From assembly GCA_965223265.1 (NCBI GenBank), contig OZ244999.1:2372957-2436956 (forward strand): a stretch of 64,000 nucleotides of DNA, given 5' to 3'. Origin of the DNA: Planctomycetota bacterium (GTDB lineage: Bacteria; Planctomycetota; UBA8108; SXIK01). How positions within the stretch are numbered: position 1 is the first letter of the stretch; each line of letters starts with the position of its first letter. Made by a program: the position numbers and the translations under genes. Of the stretch, positions 46,957 to 58,541 are shown piece by piece. The notes under the pieces were generated by a model, which made no database searches, was not told the origin of the DNA, and saw nothing but the letters and a program-made list of their open reading frames with translations.

Positions 46957-49353
46957 TCAGAACTCGTGATACTTTGACAGTTTGAGCACGACTGCTTCGA
47001 TGCGACGTCGAATCCCGTAGTCGCGACCCATCTGGCTCTGCTCGAGCAGCTCTTTGTCGGCCAGTCGCTCACGGAGAAACGGAACGGCGCGCAGCGCGTC
47101 GATTCCGAGGTTGTTCATGCCTTCGATCGCGGCGAGGCGAACGAACGGACTTTCGTGCTTCATCTTTTCGACCAGCAGCGGAAGATCGTGCGGTCCGATC
47201 TTTGCGAGCGAAATCCGGGCAGCGTAGCGATCCTCGTCGTCCTCCATCAAGTTGAACAGCGCCGGGACGGCGGCCTGCGCCGGTGGGCCGATTTCTCCCA
47301 GTTCGTAGGCGGCCACACGCCGCACTTCGCGGTCTGCATCCTTGAGCGCTTTGAGAAGCGGTGGCACGAGCTGGGTGACGTCGTGGATGATGGGGCGGAA
47401 CGATTCGATGACGAGAATGCGAAAGGCACTTTCCTCGTGATGGAGAGCGCTTACGAGTTGAGGTACGCACGGCAACGATTTCTCGCCGTGACGCTGGAGC
47501 GACAGAAGGGCCTGTCGCCGTACACTTACGGACGCATCGGCGATCGCCGCGCCGAGCCCGGCGAGCAGCGGCGGTCCGGGGGCGTTCACCGTTCCGAGCG
47601 CGAACGCTGCGCTGGCGCGCACAGTCGGGACCGGATCCTGCAAGCTCTCCAGGAGAGGCGGCACGATCGCTGCCGTGACCGTATCCGTGGCGACTCCAGC
47701 TGCCGCGCCGAGTGCACGACTGGCTTCGCTGCGGATTTGGCTGTCGGTGTCGCGTAAGGCGTTGACGAGGGCTTGGGTGGCGCGCGCGGCGGTCCGCGGC
47801 TGACTCGCGAGTGAGACGGTCGCTGCCCGGCGCACCTGCGTTTCCGGGTCAGTGAGTGCGCCGACGTAGAGAGAAGTGTGCTCGACGTCGTCTCCTGCGG
47901 TCTGGCTCAGCGCGATCGCTGCTGCGGCGCGAACCGCCGCGCTCGTGTCCGACAGCGCGGCCGCAAGATCGTCGGATCGGTCGCGGGCAGAGGCGCCAAA
48001 CTCGCCGAGGGTCTCGGCTGCCGCCGCGCGCACGATCGCCGCGTCATCGTGCAGTAGCGAAGCGATGCGCGCCACGATTCTTGCACGGAGGTCAGCATCG
48101 GCACTCTTTCCCATCGCGAGCGCGAGGGAGGCACCCGCGCGAACGCCGGGGGAGCGATGATCGAGACTGTCGACGAGGGAAGGTATGGCGTCCGATCCAA
48201 TCTCGACGAGGGCCGTGACGAGACGGCGCAGGGTCGACTCGCCGAGTGACGGCGTCGTGAGAGCGCCAAGAATGCTTGGGACTGCGACGACGCCAAACGC
48301 GCTGAGTGCCTCGGGAAGCACGAAGTCGCTGTCTGATTCTCCGATCCTCACAAGCGCGCCGACCAGTACCGCCGCGGCGTTCGACGAGATTTCGCTCGCA
48401 CCTCCGACATCGAGTAAGTTCAGAAGATGCGCCGCACGAAGGACCGTGGCGACGTCACCACGAGCGACCAGCTGGTTGAGGCCCGCGATTGCGATCGCGG
48501 GCGGTCGAACAAGGACCAAGAGTTCACCGGCTGTGTGGCGGACTGCGGCGTCATCGTCTTGAAGGAGCTGCGTGAGGAGCGGGACTAGTTCGGACGGTGC
48601 CAGGCCAATGAGAGCCACCGCTCGCGCCGCGCTGGATCGAACATCTGCGCGGCCGTCATGGACAAACTCTTTGACCGTGGACAGTGTTGCGTGTGCTGGT
48701 GGACCGATGGCTTGGAGCGCACGGAGAGCGCCCGCGATGGCGTCGCTTTCCGTGTCCGCCAACACGCCGAGCAGAGGAGACACACTTTGGCCGCCGAACC
48801 GTCCGAGCGCGAGGGCCGCTTGGTCGCGCACGGTAGCATCCGTGTCGCCCAGAAGAGCTATGAGGTGTGGCGTCGACTTGGCGGCCGATACTCCGATCCA
48901 GCCGAGTGCCTGCGCCGCGCCGGCGCGGCGGCGCGCGGAGTCCGAGGTCAACGCTTTGACCAAGGCCGGCATCGAGCTCGGTCCGATCCTGGCGAGCGTG
49001 TCGGCTGAGCGATACCTGACCTGAGCTCGATCATGGTCGAGCGCTTCGACAATCACCGGCACCGCCGCGTGGGCTTTAGGTCCCAGCTCACGGAGAGCTC
49101 GCAGTGCGTCGGACCACACCTGCGGATCTCTGTCTGCGAGCGCTTCGATGAGCGCCGCGATGGCGCGCGGCGTCGAAGTGCGACGAAGCAGCAGTTTTCG
49201 CGCTGCATCGCGACGCACCTGAACTTCAGATGACTGAAGATCGGCGAGCGCTGCGATGACGGTGGCGTCGTCATCGTCACCGGACGCGTGTGCGGGATGC
49301 GAAGAGCACAGGCTGAGCGCGGCTATCGTGAAAGCTATGAACGATCTATTCAA
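46957..49353 (-). CDS. Secreted HEAT-repeat (PBS-lyase-type) protein
   Basis: Signal peptide. About 20 repeats of the type D..VR..AA.ALG.IG. Confidence 0.7.
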   Translation of the reverse strand: MNRSFIAFTIAALSLCSSHPAHASGDDDDATVIAALADLQSSEVQVRRDAARKLLLRRTSTPRAIAALIEALADRDPQVWSDALRALRELGPKAHAAVPVIVEALDHDRAQVRYRSADTLARIGPSSMPALVKALTSDSARRRAGAAQALGWIGVSAAKSTPHLIALLGDTDATVRDQAALALGRFGGQSVSPLLGVLADTESDAIAGALRALQAIGPPAHATLSTVKEFVHDGRADVRSSAARAVALIGLAPSELVPLLTQLLQDDDAAVRHTAGELLVLVRPPAIAIAGLNQLVARGDVATVLRAAHLLNLLDVGGASEISSNAAAVLVGALVRIGESDSDFVLPEALSAFGVVAVPSILGALTTPSLGESTLRRLVTALVEIGSDAIPSLVDSLDHRSPGVRAGASLALAMGKSADADLRARIVARIASLLHDDAAIVRAAAAETLGEFGASARDRSDDLAAALSDTSAAVRAAAAIALSQTAGDDVEHTSLYVGALTDPETQVRRAATVSLASQPRTAARATQALVNALRDTDSQIRSEASRALGAAAGVATDTVTAAIVPPLLESLQDPVPTVRASAAFALGTVNAPGPPLLAGLGAAIADASVSVRRQALLSLQRHGEKSLPCVPQLVSALHHEESAFRILVIESFRPIIHDVTQLVPPLLKALKDADREVRRVAAYELGEIGPPAQAAVPALFNLMEDDEDRYAARISLAKIGPHDLPLLVEKMKHESPFVRLAAIEGMNNLGIDALRAVPFLRERLADKELLEQSQMGRDYGIRRRIEAVVLKLSKYHEF

Positions 49354-49541
49354 CGTTCTCGTCGCCGGAAACGCAGTCAGTCATCGAAGTCTCGTGGAGT
49401 CATTGTATCCCATGATCCTCGAGAAGAGTGCCCCGATCGGCTATAACGGGCGTAAAGATGGCTCATGTACGGCACAAGCGCGGACGTGGCACGGAAGGTA
49501 TTTCGGCTGAATCTCCCGTCGCTGTGCAGCAAGGATAACTT

Positions 49542-52500
49542 TTGTATGAGCTCGAAACGATGATCGAAGCGGCGGCGACGAACGCCTGCCCCCAGCCTCT
49601 CGGCGCTTGTGAACAAGCAGCGAGTTGGCGACCTCGATGTCTGCGTTCGGCGCGTGCCGGTTCGGCGGCGGTGGCGCTCGGGATTTGCATCGCGAGTCTG
49701 TTGTGGGGCACGGCCTCTCTCGTTGCAGACGTTGAGGAACCAACTGTGAAGCCGTTGCTGCTTCGCGAGTGGCGTTTCGATCGCGATGGTGCAGGGTGGA
49801 TCGCCCAGAGGGATTGCCGCCGGACGGTCATCGACGGCATGCTCTCTGTCGAGTGTACGGGTGACAACGCAGCTCTCGTGGAGCATGTTTCTGCCGCGCC
49901 GGGGCTCATGAAGCTCTCGCTGCGCATGCGCGTTGAGTCGGAACACCCAGGTCGCGGACAACTGTTTTGGGTCACTTCGAGCCATCCGCGTCCTTCCACC
50001 GCACGATCGACGGTGTTCTCGGTCTTTCGCGGTTTTCAGTGGCATGATTACGCGCTCTGGATTCGCCCTGACGAGGCCATCAGCGCGCTTTGGTTCGCGC
50101 CGATGAACACACCAGCGCGGGTGGACATCGAACGCATGGCGCTCGAGCGCGCGGAGTTTCCGGCTGCGCAGGCAACTCCGGTGAGCGATATCGAACTGTT
50201 GCCGGGTTTTCGTGCTGAGCTTCTTTACTCAGTTCCCAAGGAAGAGCACGGCTCGTGGGTGTGCATGGCCTTCGACCCGCGTGGCCGTCTGGTCGCATCG
50301 GATCAGTACGGTTCGCTCTATCGCATCACACTTCCGCGCGGCGATCGCGCCATTGAGGTCGAAAGGCTGGACGTCGACATCGGTCAGTGCCAGGGAATGC
50401 TGTTTGCGTACGACAGTCTCTACGTCACTGTCAACGGTGTCGCGGCGCAGAGTCGCGGTTTCTATCGTCTCCAGGATACGAGCGGCGACGATCAATTCGA
50501 CAAGGTCGAGCTCCTCAAAAGTTTCACTCCCGTCCCGCGCGATCACAGCGATCATGGTCCCCATGCAATTGCTTTAGGACCGGACGGCATGTTGTACGTG
50601 TTGGGAGGAAATAACTGTGCGATTCCAACGGACTCGACACCCACGTCACCGCATCGCAACTGGAGAGAGGACCTCCTCATTCCCCGACACACTGATCCCA
50701 ACGGCCACAACACGCGCTGTTTGGCCCCCGGTGGCTGGGTTTTTCGCACAGATAGGGACGCACGCGTCTGGGAGTTTGTGGCGGGGGGCTTTCGTAACCC
50801 GTACGACATTGCCTTCAATGAGCGGGGGGACTTGTTCACGTTCGACTCGGACATGGAGTGGGACGTCGGCTGTCCGTGGTATCGACCGACGCGTGTCAAC
50901 ATGGTCTCGAGTGGTGCCGAGTATGGCTGGCGCAATGGTGCGGGAAAGTGGCCGCCATACTTTCCAGACAGTCTGCCGGCGATCATCGACATCGGCTTGG
51001 GTTGTCCGACCGGAGTCACAACGGGCGTCGGCGCGCGTTTCCCGGCGAAGTATCAACGTGCGCTGTTCGTGAACGACTGGACCTACGGCAAGATGTACGC
51101 CGTCCACTTGGTGCCGACCGGATCAGCGTACACCGCGACGTTTGAGACGTTTGTCAGCGGAAAACCTTTACCTCTCACAGACGTCGCGGTCGGGCCAGAT
51201 GGTGCGCTCTACTTTTTGATCGGCGGGCGTCGACTGCAGTCCGGTCTCTATCGTGTGACCTACTTTGGGCGCGACCCGCCGCAGCGGGCGCTGGCGACTG
51301 AAGGGGCCGCGAAGGTCGACGGGACGGCGATCGACGGGAAAGCGACGACGACTGACGAGGTCGCTACCAAGAAGGTGGCCGCGGCCCGCCGACTGCGCCG
51401 GCGCTTGGAAGCGTACCATGGACGTCACAACGCGAATGCCGTCAATGAGGCGTGGGAGCACTTGAACAGCGATGACCCGTTCTTGCGCAGTGCTGCCCGC
51501 ATCGCGATCGAACATCAGCCAGTGTCTACCTGGCGTGAACGAGCCCTGGCAGAGATGCGGCCGACTGCCGCGATCCAGGCGCTCGTAGCGCTGGCGAGGA
51601 ACGGATCTCCAGAGGTGCAAGGACGACTGATCAAGCAGCTGAGCGCTCTCCCCATCGAACGACTCACAGAAGAACAGGCTCTTGGCATTCTGCGCGCGTA
51701 CGCTCTCGCCTTCAGCCGTTTGGGACCCCCGGACGATGCCACGGCGGCTGAAGTCGTCGGTCGTCTCGATCCTCTCTACCCCTCACCGAGCGACCTCTTG
51801 AATCGAGAGCTCTGTCGAGTGCTGACGTACTTGCAGGCGCCGACCGTGGTCCCCAAGACGATGGCTCTTCTGGAACGGGCGGCGACGCAGGAAGATCAGA
51901 TGTATTTCGTCTACGCTTTGAGTAGCGCACGAGAGGGTTGGACTCTTCCGCTGCAGAGAAAGTACTTCAGCTGGTTCCATGTCGCGACTGCGAAGTACAC
52001 CGGCGGCGTGTCGTTTCAGGGATATGTGAAGAGTATTCAGAAGGCTGCTGAGGCGCATCTCAGCGATGCGTCGCGAGCTGCTCTCAAGGACGTCTTGGAG
52101 GGTGAAGTCACGCTGTCAGTAGTCTCCTCAGATGTCAGTCGACGCTACGTTCACAACTGGCAGATGGCAGATATTGTCCCTGCACTTGCCGACGTTTCTC
52201 ATGGGCGGTCTTTCGAAAAAGGAAAAGCTGCGTTTGAGGCGACGAGGTGTCTTGCATGCCACCGTCTCAACGGTCAAGGAGGGGCGACGGGTCCAGATCT
52301 CACCACCGTGGGCAACCGGTTCAGTGACCGCGACGTCCTCGAGTCGATCTTACATCCCTCGAAGGTGATTGCGGACCAGTATCGGCCAACGCAGTTCGTA
52401 TTGAACGACGGCAGTGTGCTGGTCGGTAACGTCGAAGAAGAGAGCGACGAGAGCTTGGTTCTCAGGGCGCATCCGCTCGCACCGGAGAGTCGTCGATTCA

Positions 52501-52718
52501 AAAAGTCGAGTGTGGTCACACGCCAGCCCGCGGCGCTTTCCTTGATGCCAGCGGGTCTGGTCAGCATCCTCACGAAGGACGAGGTGCTCGACTTGGTCGC
52601 CTATGTGCGGGCAGGAGGTAACCCCAAAGCAGCCGCGTTTCAGCCGCGACCATCGCAAGGTAAGGGGCAGTCATCGGATCCACCTCGTCAGAAGAGTGCG
52701 GACTCGGGCACACCGTGA
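49542..52718 (+). CDS. Large PVC-type heme-binding protein (dehydrogenase-like beta-propeller + HEAT + C-terminal cytochrome c)
   Basis: C-terminal CLACHRLNGQGG CxxCH motif. Membrane-bound-dehydrogenase-like region NPYDIAFNERGDLFTFDSDMEWD. Confidence 0.7.
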   Translation: MYELETMIEAAATNACPQPLGACEQAASWRPRCLRSARAGSAAVALGICIASLLWGTASLVADVEEPTVKPLLLREWRFDRDGAGWIAQRDCRRTVIDGMLSVECTGDNAALVEHVSAAPGLMKLSLRMRVESEHPGRGQLFWVTSSHPRPSTARSTVFSVFRGFQWHDYALWIRPDEAISALWFAPMNTPARVDIERMALERAEFPAAQATPVSDIELLPGFRAELLYSVPKEEHGSWVCMAFDPRGRLVASDQYGSLYRITLPRGDRAIEVERLDVDIGQCQGMLFAYDSLYVTVNGVAAQSRGFYRLQDTSGDDQFDKVELLKSFTPVPRDHSDHGPHAIALGPDGMLYVLGGNNCAIPTDSTPTSPHRNWREDLLIPRHTDPNGHNTRCLAPGGWVFRTDRDARVWEFVAGGFRNPYDIAFNERGDLFTFDSDMEWDVGCPWYRPTRVNMVSSGAEYGWRNGAGKWPPYFPDSLPAIIDIGLGCPTGVTTGVGARFPAKYQRALFVNDWTYGKMYAVHLVPTGSAYTATFETFVSGKPLPLTDVAVGPDGALYFLIGGRRLQSGLYRVTYFGRDPPQRALATEGAAKVDGTAIDGKATTTDEVATKKVAAARRLRRRLEAYHGRHNANAVNEAWEHLNSDDPFLRSAARIAIEHQPVSTWRERALAEMRPTAAIQALVALARNGSPEVQGRLIKQLSALPIERLTEEQALGILRAYALAFSRLGPPDDATAAEVVGRLDPLYPSPSDLLNRELCRVLTYLQAPTVVPKTMALLERAATQEDQMYFVYALSSAREGWTLPLQRKYFSWFHVATAKYTGGVSFQGYVKSIQKAAEAHLSDASRAALKDVLEGEVTLSVVSSDVSRRYVHNWQMADIVPALADVSHGRSFEKGKAAFEATRCLACHRLNGQGGATGPDLTTVGNRFSDRDVLESILHPSKVIADQYRPTQFVLNDGSVLVGNVEEESDESLVLRAHPLAPESRRFKKSSVVTRQPAALSLMPAGLVSILTKDEVLDLVAYVRAGGNPKAAAFQPRPSQGKGQSSDPPRQKSADSGTP

Positions 52719-52817
52719 GCGGGGCGCCGACGCTGGCAGGATCGACCTGAGCGACTTGAACAACTTGAACGATCTGCGACGAGGCATCGGGCACGTGAAA
52801 GTTCTTGGAGGCGAACA

Positions 52818-55106
52818 ATGAGAAAGCAGCGCGCGAGCTGGCGGCGAGGCACCCTGAACGTTGGACAAGTTGCGGGCGTATTCGTCTGTTTTGCTGCGTT
52901 TCTCTCGTGCCTCTTGCTCGATTCAGTGGCGGCTCAAGAGCAAGACCGTGTAGGCGTGAAGAATTCGACCGACGATGCGGAGATGATCTTGATCCCGGCG
53001 GGGACCTTCTTCATGGGAAGCTCGTCGGACGAGGTCGATGCTCAGTTTCTCGATACGAAGTTGCCGGAGGATTGGAAGAAGTACACTGCCGACGAGCAGC
53101 CGCGACACGAACGCGAGGTGCGGGCTTTCTACATCTACAAGTACGAAGTGACGAATGCGCAGTACAAGATGTTCGTTGACGCTACGGGGCACCGGTCGCC
53201 ACCGCACTGGAGTGGAACGACTTACCCAGAAGGTAAAGACAAACACCCGGTGGTGGAGGTGAGCTGGGACGACGCGCAGGCATACTGTCGCTGGGCCGGA
53301 ACGCGCCTGCCGACCGAGGCCGAGTGGGAGTACGCTGCCCGGGGCGACGGCGGAGCCGGAGAGGCAAGCCTCGCGTTTCCGTGGGGAGACGCGTGGGATC
53401 GAACCGTCTGCAACAACTCGTCGTTTCACGCCGGCAAAGAGATCACAAGCGCTGACGACTGGAACGCGTGGTACAAGGGCGTCGAGGCGTCGTCGTTTCC
53501 GCTCACAACTCCCGTCGGTCTGTTCTCGAAGTCGGCGAGCCCTTTTGGAGTCGAGGACATGGCAGGCAACGCGTGGGAGTGGTGTGCGGACATTCAGGCA
53601 CCCTATCCTGAGCAGCGCGCCAACGACGCGGACAACCAGAAACTACGCGCACGGCGCGGCGGATCGTGGGCGAACGTCGCGCTTCACATTCGCAGCGCTG
53701 ACAGGCAACCTGCAGCGCACGACAACGTGAATCTCTACACCGGGTTTCGTTGCGTCAAACCAGTCATCGAGCAAGCCGGCGATCTCTTCGTCGAGTTCGT
53801 TTTGAATGAAATCGAAGCAGCGCGGCATCAACTGCCGGTGATGACGCAAGCCGCAGAGCTCGCGGCGCAGCGCATCGTCGATCGAAAAGGCGAGTTGCTG
53901 TCGGCCGGGGATCAGAGTTTTGCATTGGAGCCGGTGTGGCGAGCCGGTGGGATCGCCTTCGCGCGACAGTACCAACCGGACAAAGAGAGCGCCGGTTTTT
54001 CACAGCTGGAATCGACCGGGGATGAAGTCCCGTACTATCGCACGAAAGAATTCGTCGAACACTTCACTGTGCAGAAGGCTTCGAAGGACGACGTCGTCCT
54101 TTTGGGTTTCGAGAACGAGAAGGAGGAGCAGCGTCATCTCACTTCGACGGTGGAAGAACTCTTGAGCGCCGAGGCGCTTGTCGTGTTCTTTGGCTCGTCG
54201 TTGGCAGCCGCAGAGCTGCAGGCAAAGTTCGGGGCGCGCGACAACTTAGTCATCGTTTCCCACCATGTCCCGGACGGCGGCATCGTCGAGGTCTCGGGCT
54301 GGCCTGAGAAGATCTGTTCCGGTCGAAGCATCGCCAATCGGCTCTACCTGTGGGCGTTTCAGGCCGAGCTGATCAGCGCCTTCATGCGGCGCGGCAAGAT
54401 TCCTGGAATCTTGCTTTCGGTGACGTATGAAAGCCCTCAGATCTGGAATCTCCCGTTGCTCCATTCGTACCGATTCGTACCGGCGTTCGACGTCACGCCA
54501 GTGAAGGAAGGCGTTTTCGGAAACACCTACCTCGACCACTTGCGCCGGATCGTCGGCAGCATCGTGCCAGCGCAGCGTCGTCAGTTTCGCCAGGCGGCGA
54601 CGTGGCTTGCCGATGCCGTCCGCTCGAAGGCGACCGCTTTCGCACTTTTGATCCATGGCCTCGATCCCGAGGGCCTGCCCGGCGACCCAGGGTTCTTCAA
54701 GGTCTACAGTGAGGGGAACGCCTACTACCCGCAGCTCGACGGGGAGATGAAGAAGGGCGATGTGGCACTCTTCGTCGGCTACAACTGGTATCCGCGGCGA
54801 CTGGCGGAGACGGTCGACCGCGCGGAGGGGAAGCAGATCCTCTGTTTCACTCTCGTCCAGGACGTGCCGCCCGTGCCGGCGGTCTACGGTGAGGTCGGCG
54901 AGCTCTTTCACCCGACGTCGTTCGACCAGGTGCCGCAGGGGGACAACCGGATTTACATCGATCTGAAGTTCGCGCAGTACAACGCCGTTCTGAAGATTCC
55001 GGACTACCCGATTCCCGCGCTCGAAACATCGTCGTTTGCCGAGGACGTGGTCTACTGGCACTTGGTGGCGGATGTCGCCGAAATCCTGGCGAAGGACTCC
55101 AAATGA
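52818..55106 (+). CDS. Formylglycine-generating-enzyme (SUMF1/FGE) domain protein fused to ~480-aa unknown C-terminal domain
   Basis: Signal/TM N-terminus. FGE core RLPTEAEWEYAARG…YTGFRCV. No recognisable motif in the C-terminal region. Confidence 0.65.
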   Translation: MRKQRASWRRGTLNVGQVAGVFVCFAAFLSCLLLDSVAAQEQDRVGVKNSTDDAEMILIPAGTFFMGSSSDEVDAQFLDTKLPEDWKKYTADEQPRHEREVRAFYIYKYEVTNAQYKMFVDATGHRSPPHWSGTTYPEGKDKHPVVEVSWDDAQAYCRWAGTRLPTEAEWEYAARGDGGAGEASLAFPWGDAWDRTVCNNSSFHAGKEITSADDWNAWYKGVEASSFPLTTPVGLFSKSASPFGVEDMAGNAWEWCADIQAPYPEQRANDADNQKLRARRGGSWANVALHIRSADRQPAAHDNVNLYTGFRCVKPVIEQAGDLFVEFVLNEIEAARHQLPVMTQAAELAAQRIVDRKGELLSAGDQSFALEPVWRAGGIAFARQYQPDKESAGFSQLESTGDEVPYYRTKEFVEHFTVQKASKDDVVLLGFENEKEEQRHLTSTVEELLSAEALVVFFGSSLAAAELQAKFGARDNLVIVSHHVPDGGIVEVSGWPEKICSGRSIANRLYLWAFQAELISAFMRRGKIPGILLSVTYESPQIWNLPLLHSYRFVPAFDVTPVKEGVFGNTYLDHLRRIVGSIVPAQRRQFRQAATWLADAVRSKATAFALLIHGLDPEGLPGDPGFFKVYSEGNAYYPQLDGEMKKGDVALFVGYNWYPRRLAETVDRAEGKQILCFTLVQDVPPVPAVYGEVGELFHPTSFDQVPQGDNRIYIDLKFAQYNAVLKIPDYPIPALETSSFAEDVVYWHLVADVAEILAKDSK

Positions 55107-55149
55107 GTTCCGCTGTCCAGTCACACTGGCGCCCGAAACTCATGTCCGG

Positions 55150-55260
55150 AAGGTAGCAGGCACACTCCTGTGTGCCGTCCGGAGGTGACCGTGGACCCGT
55201 GGCCGCGAGTAACAACGGCACGTGTTATTCACAGCCTCAGGAGTGCGCTCGCCGCTTCGG
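55150..55260. repeat. REP-like unit related to 43440-43720 cluster
   Basis: GTAGCAGGCACACTCCTGTGTGCCGTCCGGAGGTGACCGTGGACC matches 43592-43630 and 43690-43715. Confidence 0.65.
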
Positions 55261-55646
55261 TGCACGAAGCGACCAACTGAATCTGCGTGAAGTGCTCGCG
55301 CTGCGAGCTCGGCGGCTCGCAAGGGGAACACTGTCAAGAAACGTGACAGATCGGACAAGCCCTCTCGCTCGCGCCGTTGCCCAAACCACAGCGAAGTGTC
55401 AACCGATGACGATGGCTGAAATCGCAGCGACGCCTCTCCGAACTTGTTTTCCTTACACGGTTCTGTGCGGTGATTTCCACGACTCGCTATAGGCAAGCGC
55501 TGCGGTCGCGAGTCGCGTCCGGAGAACCTGCTCGTAAGGCTGTGCGGCGATTCGGCACGAATCTTGACGCATCCTTCGATGACAGTTCACTCGGGAAGCT
55601 CACCTTCCGCTTTTGATTTATATCTCCCACCTTCGAAAGGTTCGAC

Positions 55647-56849
55647 ATGCTCTACCGTGCCACCCCTCAACGCGGCCACGCCTTGATCCTCAGCGTCATG
55701 GCTCTCGCCCTGTTGGCCGGACTTTCGGCGGCTCAGGTTACTTCGTACGTGAAAAATCAGCAGCAGGCCTCCTTTTTTGAGACGCGATCTGAGTTGCGGG
55801 ACGCCGCTGAGTCGGGTCTTGCCATCGCGGTGCATGACTTCGAGAGCGGTGCCGGCGAGCTGGGATTCATCGGTACGAGCGCATGGACCACGGACTCTGA
55901 CTTTGGCGCCGACGGCTATCCTGGAACGCTTGACGACGGTGAGTCAGACGGTTTGCCGACAGCAGGAGAGCCTGGAGTTTTTCCGGTTCGGTTCGGGGCT
56001 GATCGTTTTCGTATGAGAGTCTACACGACAGTCGTTGACACTGCGTTTCCGAACGTGCGCCGTGCGATCTCCACCGCCATCACGGATTCGGACCAGGTTA
56101 CTGTTGAGAAGTTGATTCAGACGACTGAGGCGTTCACGATCCCGAAAGTCGGCGCACTCTTCGTTGACCCAGGCGTGGCACTCGATTTCAACGGCAATGC
56201 TTTCTTTATCTCGGGGAACGACACCAATCCCGACGGCTCTGAGGGAAGCGGCGACGATCTTGCTGCACTGTCGACGGAAGAGGATCCCGACGAGCCAGGC
56301 GACAATCTCAACTCCCTCATGTCACAGCTCGACGACAAGACGTACGATCAGCTCGAAGGTGCCGGCGGTTTTCCGTCCGTCGACGAGAGCAGCGACATCG
56401 ACGTGAACGCCCTCGCAGACCAGCTCTTCGCCATGGCGACGCCGCTGGAGCCCGGCGACTACTCGAGCGCCAGCTTCGGCAACTGGGAAAATCAGGACTT
56501 CCAGCTTCAGGCCGTACAGGGCAACCTGACGCTCTCGGGGTCGACCAGTGGTGCTGGAATCCTCGTCGTCGACGGCTCACTGGATATCAGCGGCGAGTTT
56601 CAATACTACGGCCTCATTCTCGTCCGCGGCGACCTGCGCCTCACCGGCGGTGGGTCGCAGGCTCACGTCTATGGCGCCGTCATGGTGACGGACTCCTTCA
56701 GCGCGATTGACCCGAGCGACTCCGGCGAGAGCGAAGTGACAGTGAACGGCACCGCCGACATCTACTACAGCTCGCAGGTCATCGACGCGATTCAGAATGC
56801 GTTTCAGCGAGACCCGACGCTTTCGACTCTCTACTACAAGGAGTCGTGA
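55647..56849 (+). CDS. PilX_N-like pilus/pseudopilus assembly protein
   Basis: N-terminus QRGHALILSVMALALLAGLSAAQ matches the PilX N-terminal pattern. The secreted C-terminal domain ends in a Gly-rich beta region. Confidence 0.5.
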   Translation: MLYRATPQRGHALILSVMALALLAGLSAAQVTSYVKNQQQASFFETRSELRDAAESGLAIAVHDFESGAGELGFIGTSAWTTDSDFGADGYPGTLDDGESDGLPTAGEPGVFPVRFGADRFRMRVYTTVVDTAFPNVRRAISTAITDSDQVTVEKLIQTTEAFTIPKVGALFVDPGVALDFNGNAFFISGNDTNPDGSEGSGDDLAALSTEEDPDEPGDNLNSLMSQLDDKTYDQLEGAGGFPSVDESSDIDVNALADQLFAMATPLEPGDYSSASFGNWENQDFQLQAVQGNLTLSGSTSGAGILVVDGSLDISGEFQYYGLILVRGDLRLTGGGSQAHVYGAVMVTDSFSAIDPSDSGESEVTVNGTADIYYSSQVIDAIQNAFQRDPTLSTLYYKES

Positions 56850-57580
56850 GCACTCCCGGGGGGGCCGGAGTCGACGGACTTCGGCCCAGGTTCATTTTTG
56901 ACCCCGACGGAGGAATCGGCCGTTCGGTGAGGCGATGGCAACTTTCCGCTGGTGAAAAACGCCCGCCTTACGGCGGATCGCCGTCAGAGACAACCGTTTC
57001 CGGTGCTGACGGGAATTCTCATGCAGCTCTGAGAGTTCGGAGACAAGAGCTGACCGCAGACGGAGCTCCAAACAGAGCGTGATCTGACCAGCTGACCAGC
57101 CGCCCTACGGCGGTCGCACGCGGTCAGGTTGATTCGAGCATGGCGTTTTCAGCTCCGCGTCAAGAGTCGTGGTTAACCTACGCCCCTGAGTTGCGACAAC
57201 TGCATGAGAATCCCCTTCGTAGTGTCAAAACGAGAGCCCCCGACAGAGGTGCGCCCCCGAAGCACGTCGTTTCGACGTCCGAAGCAACGACCTGATTGAC
57301 CGCCTTGCAAGGGCGCAGAAGGAACTGGCGCTGCGCACAGCGTCTGGTGATCATGTAAGTCGTCCCAGGGATGATTCGTCGCGGCGCTGTCATCGCCGCG
57401 ACCTATAGGCAAACGCTGTTCCACGGGGTGGAAGCGGTGGGCAATCCGACGTAAATCAGTGCGAGAACTCAGTCTCGTCAGCACTGCCGACTCTCAAGAC
57501 ATCGATCAGTTGTTTCATAATTGCTACAGTGTTCGAATACGGACGACCGAATTTGACATCGCGGGTTTTTTGTTCGATTT

Positions 57581-58541
57581 GTGACGCTATCTTGTTGTCA
57601 AGAAGCCGAAAAGATGACCCTGGGACGGGTTCGACGGGCATTGGAGGGTAGAATGGAAGGATCGATGAGACGGTGTTTTCTGTTCGCAAGAGCCGTGGGT
57701 GGTGGCGATTACGAGAGAAGAGTCGTTTCGGACTTGCAACTCGACGACGTGTCTCAGGTCTCTTTCTCATCGTCCGGGAGTCGGCTTGCGGTGGCCACCG
57801 GCTTCCGGATTTGATGACTCCCTGTTGGTGGTCGAGGTGAAGTTGGGATTTCTTCGCCGTTCGGCGGCGGGAGGCATGCGTGTCGACGACTTTCGATTGG
57901 AAGGCGACTTGGCGTTCGATTTTTTAGGCGAATCTCCCTTCTTCTTGCTGGGAAGGAAGGAGTCTCCGGTCGAGATTTGGACGTACGAAACGTGGCCGCC
58001 GCACAAAGTCGCGGACATCGAGGTGAAGTGGGACTATTACTTCTTGTTCCCGTGGGAACTCAGGTCGAACGCTGACGACCATACACTCGTCATCGAAACT
58101 GAAGATACAATCCGGGCGTACGTGTTGAAGACGGGGACGACTGCGACCTCGGCGCTTGTCGCTGAGCGGAAGAGTTCAGGCATTCTATCTTGCTCGCTCT
58201 CCGACGATGGAATGACGCTGGACTATTTGACGGAGGACGGTGAGCTTCGAGAGTGGGAGCTCGCAACCAGCAAAGATCGGCTTGTGGCACAAGAATCTGT
58301 TTTCGACGACTTCTCGGATTCCTCGATCTTGGCGTCTTTGGAGAGCTTCATAGTGGTTTTCGAGACAAACCGCCGATGGTTTGTTGGTCGTCACCGAGCT
58401 GTGATCGTGGAGCGATCATCCGGCAGATCTATCAGCGACTCGGCGCTCCCGAGCCGAGTCACCGATGTTCAGGAGTTCGGCGACGGGCGACACATCGTTG
58501 TCGGAAGTGCTGACGGCAGCGCTTCAATTCTTCGCTTTTGA
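57581..58541 (+). pseudogene. WD40/beta-propeller-like hypothetical protein with apparent -1 frameshift near 57803-57808
   Basis: ORF 57581-57814 ends …SFSSSGSRLAVATGFRI*. ORF 57699-58541 continues …GFDDSLLVVEVK… and ends VVGSADGSASILRF. Confidence 0.4.
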
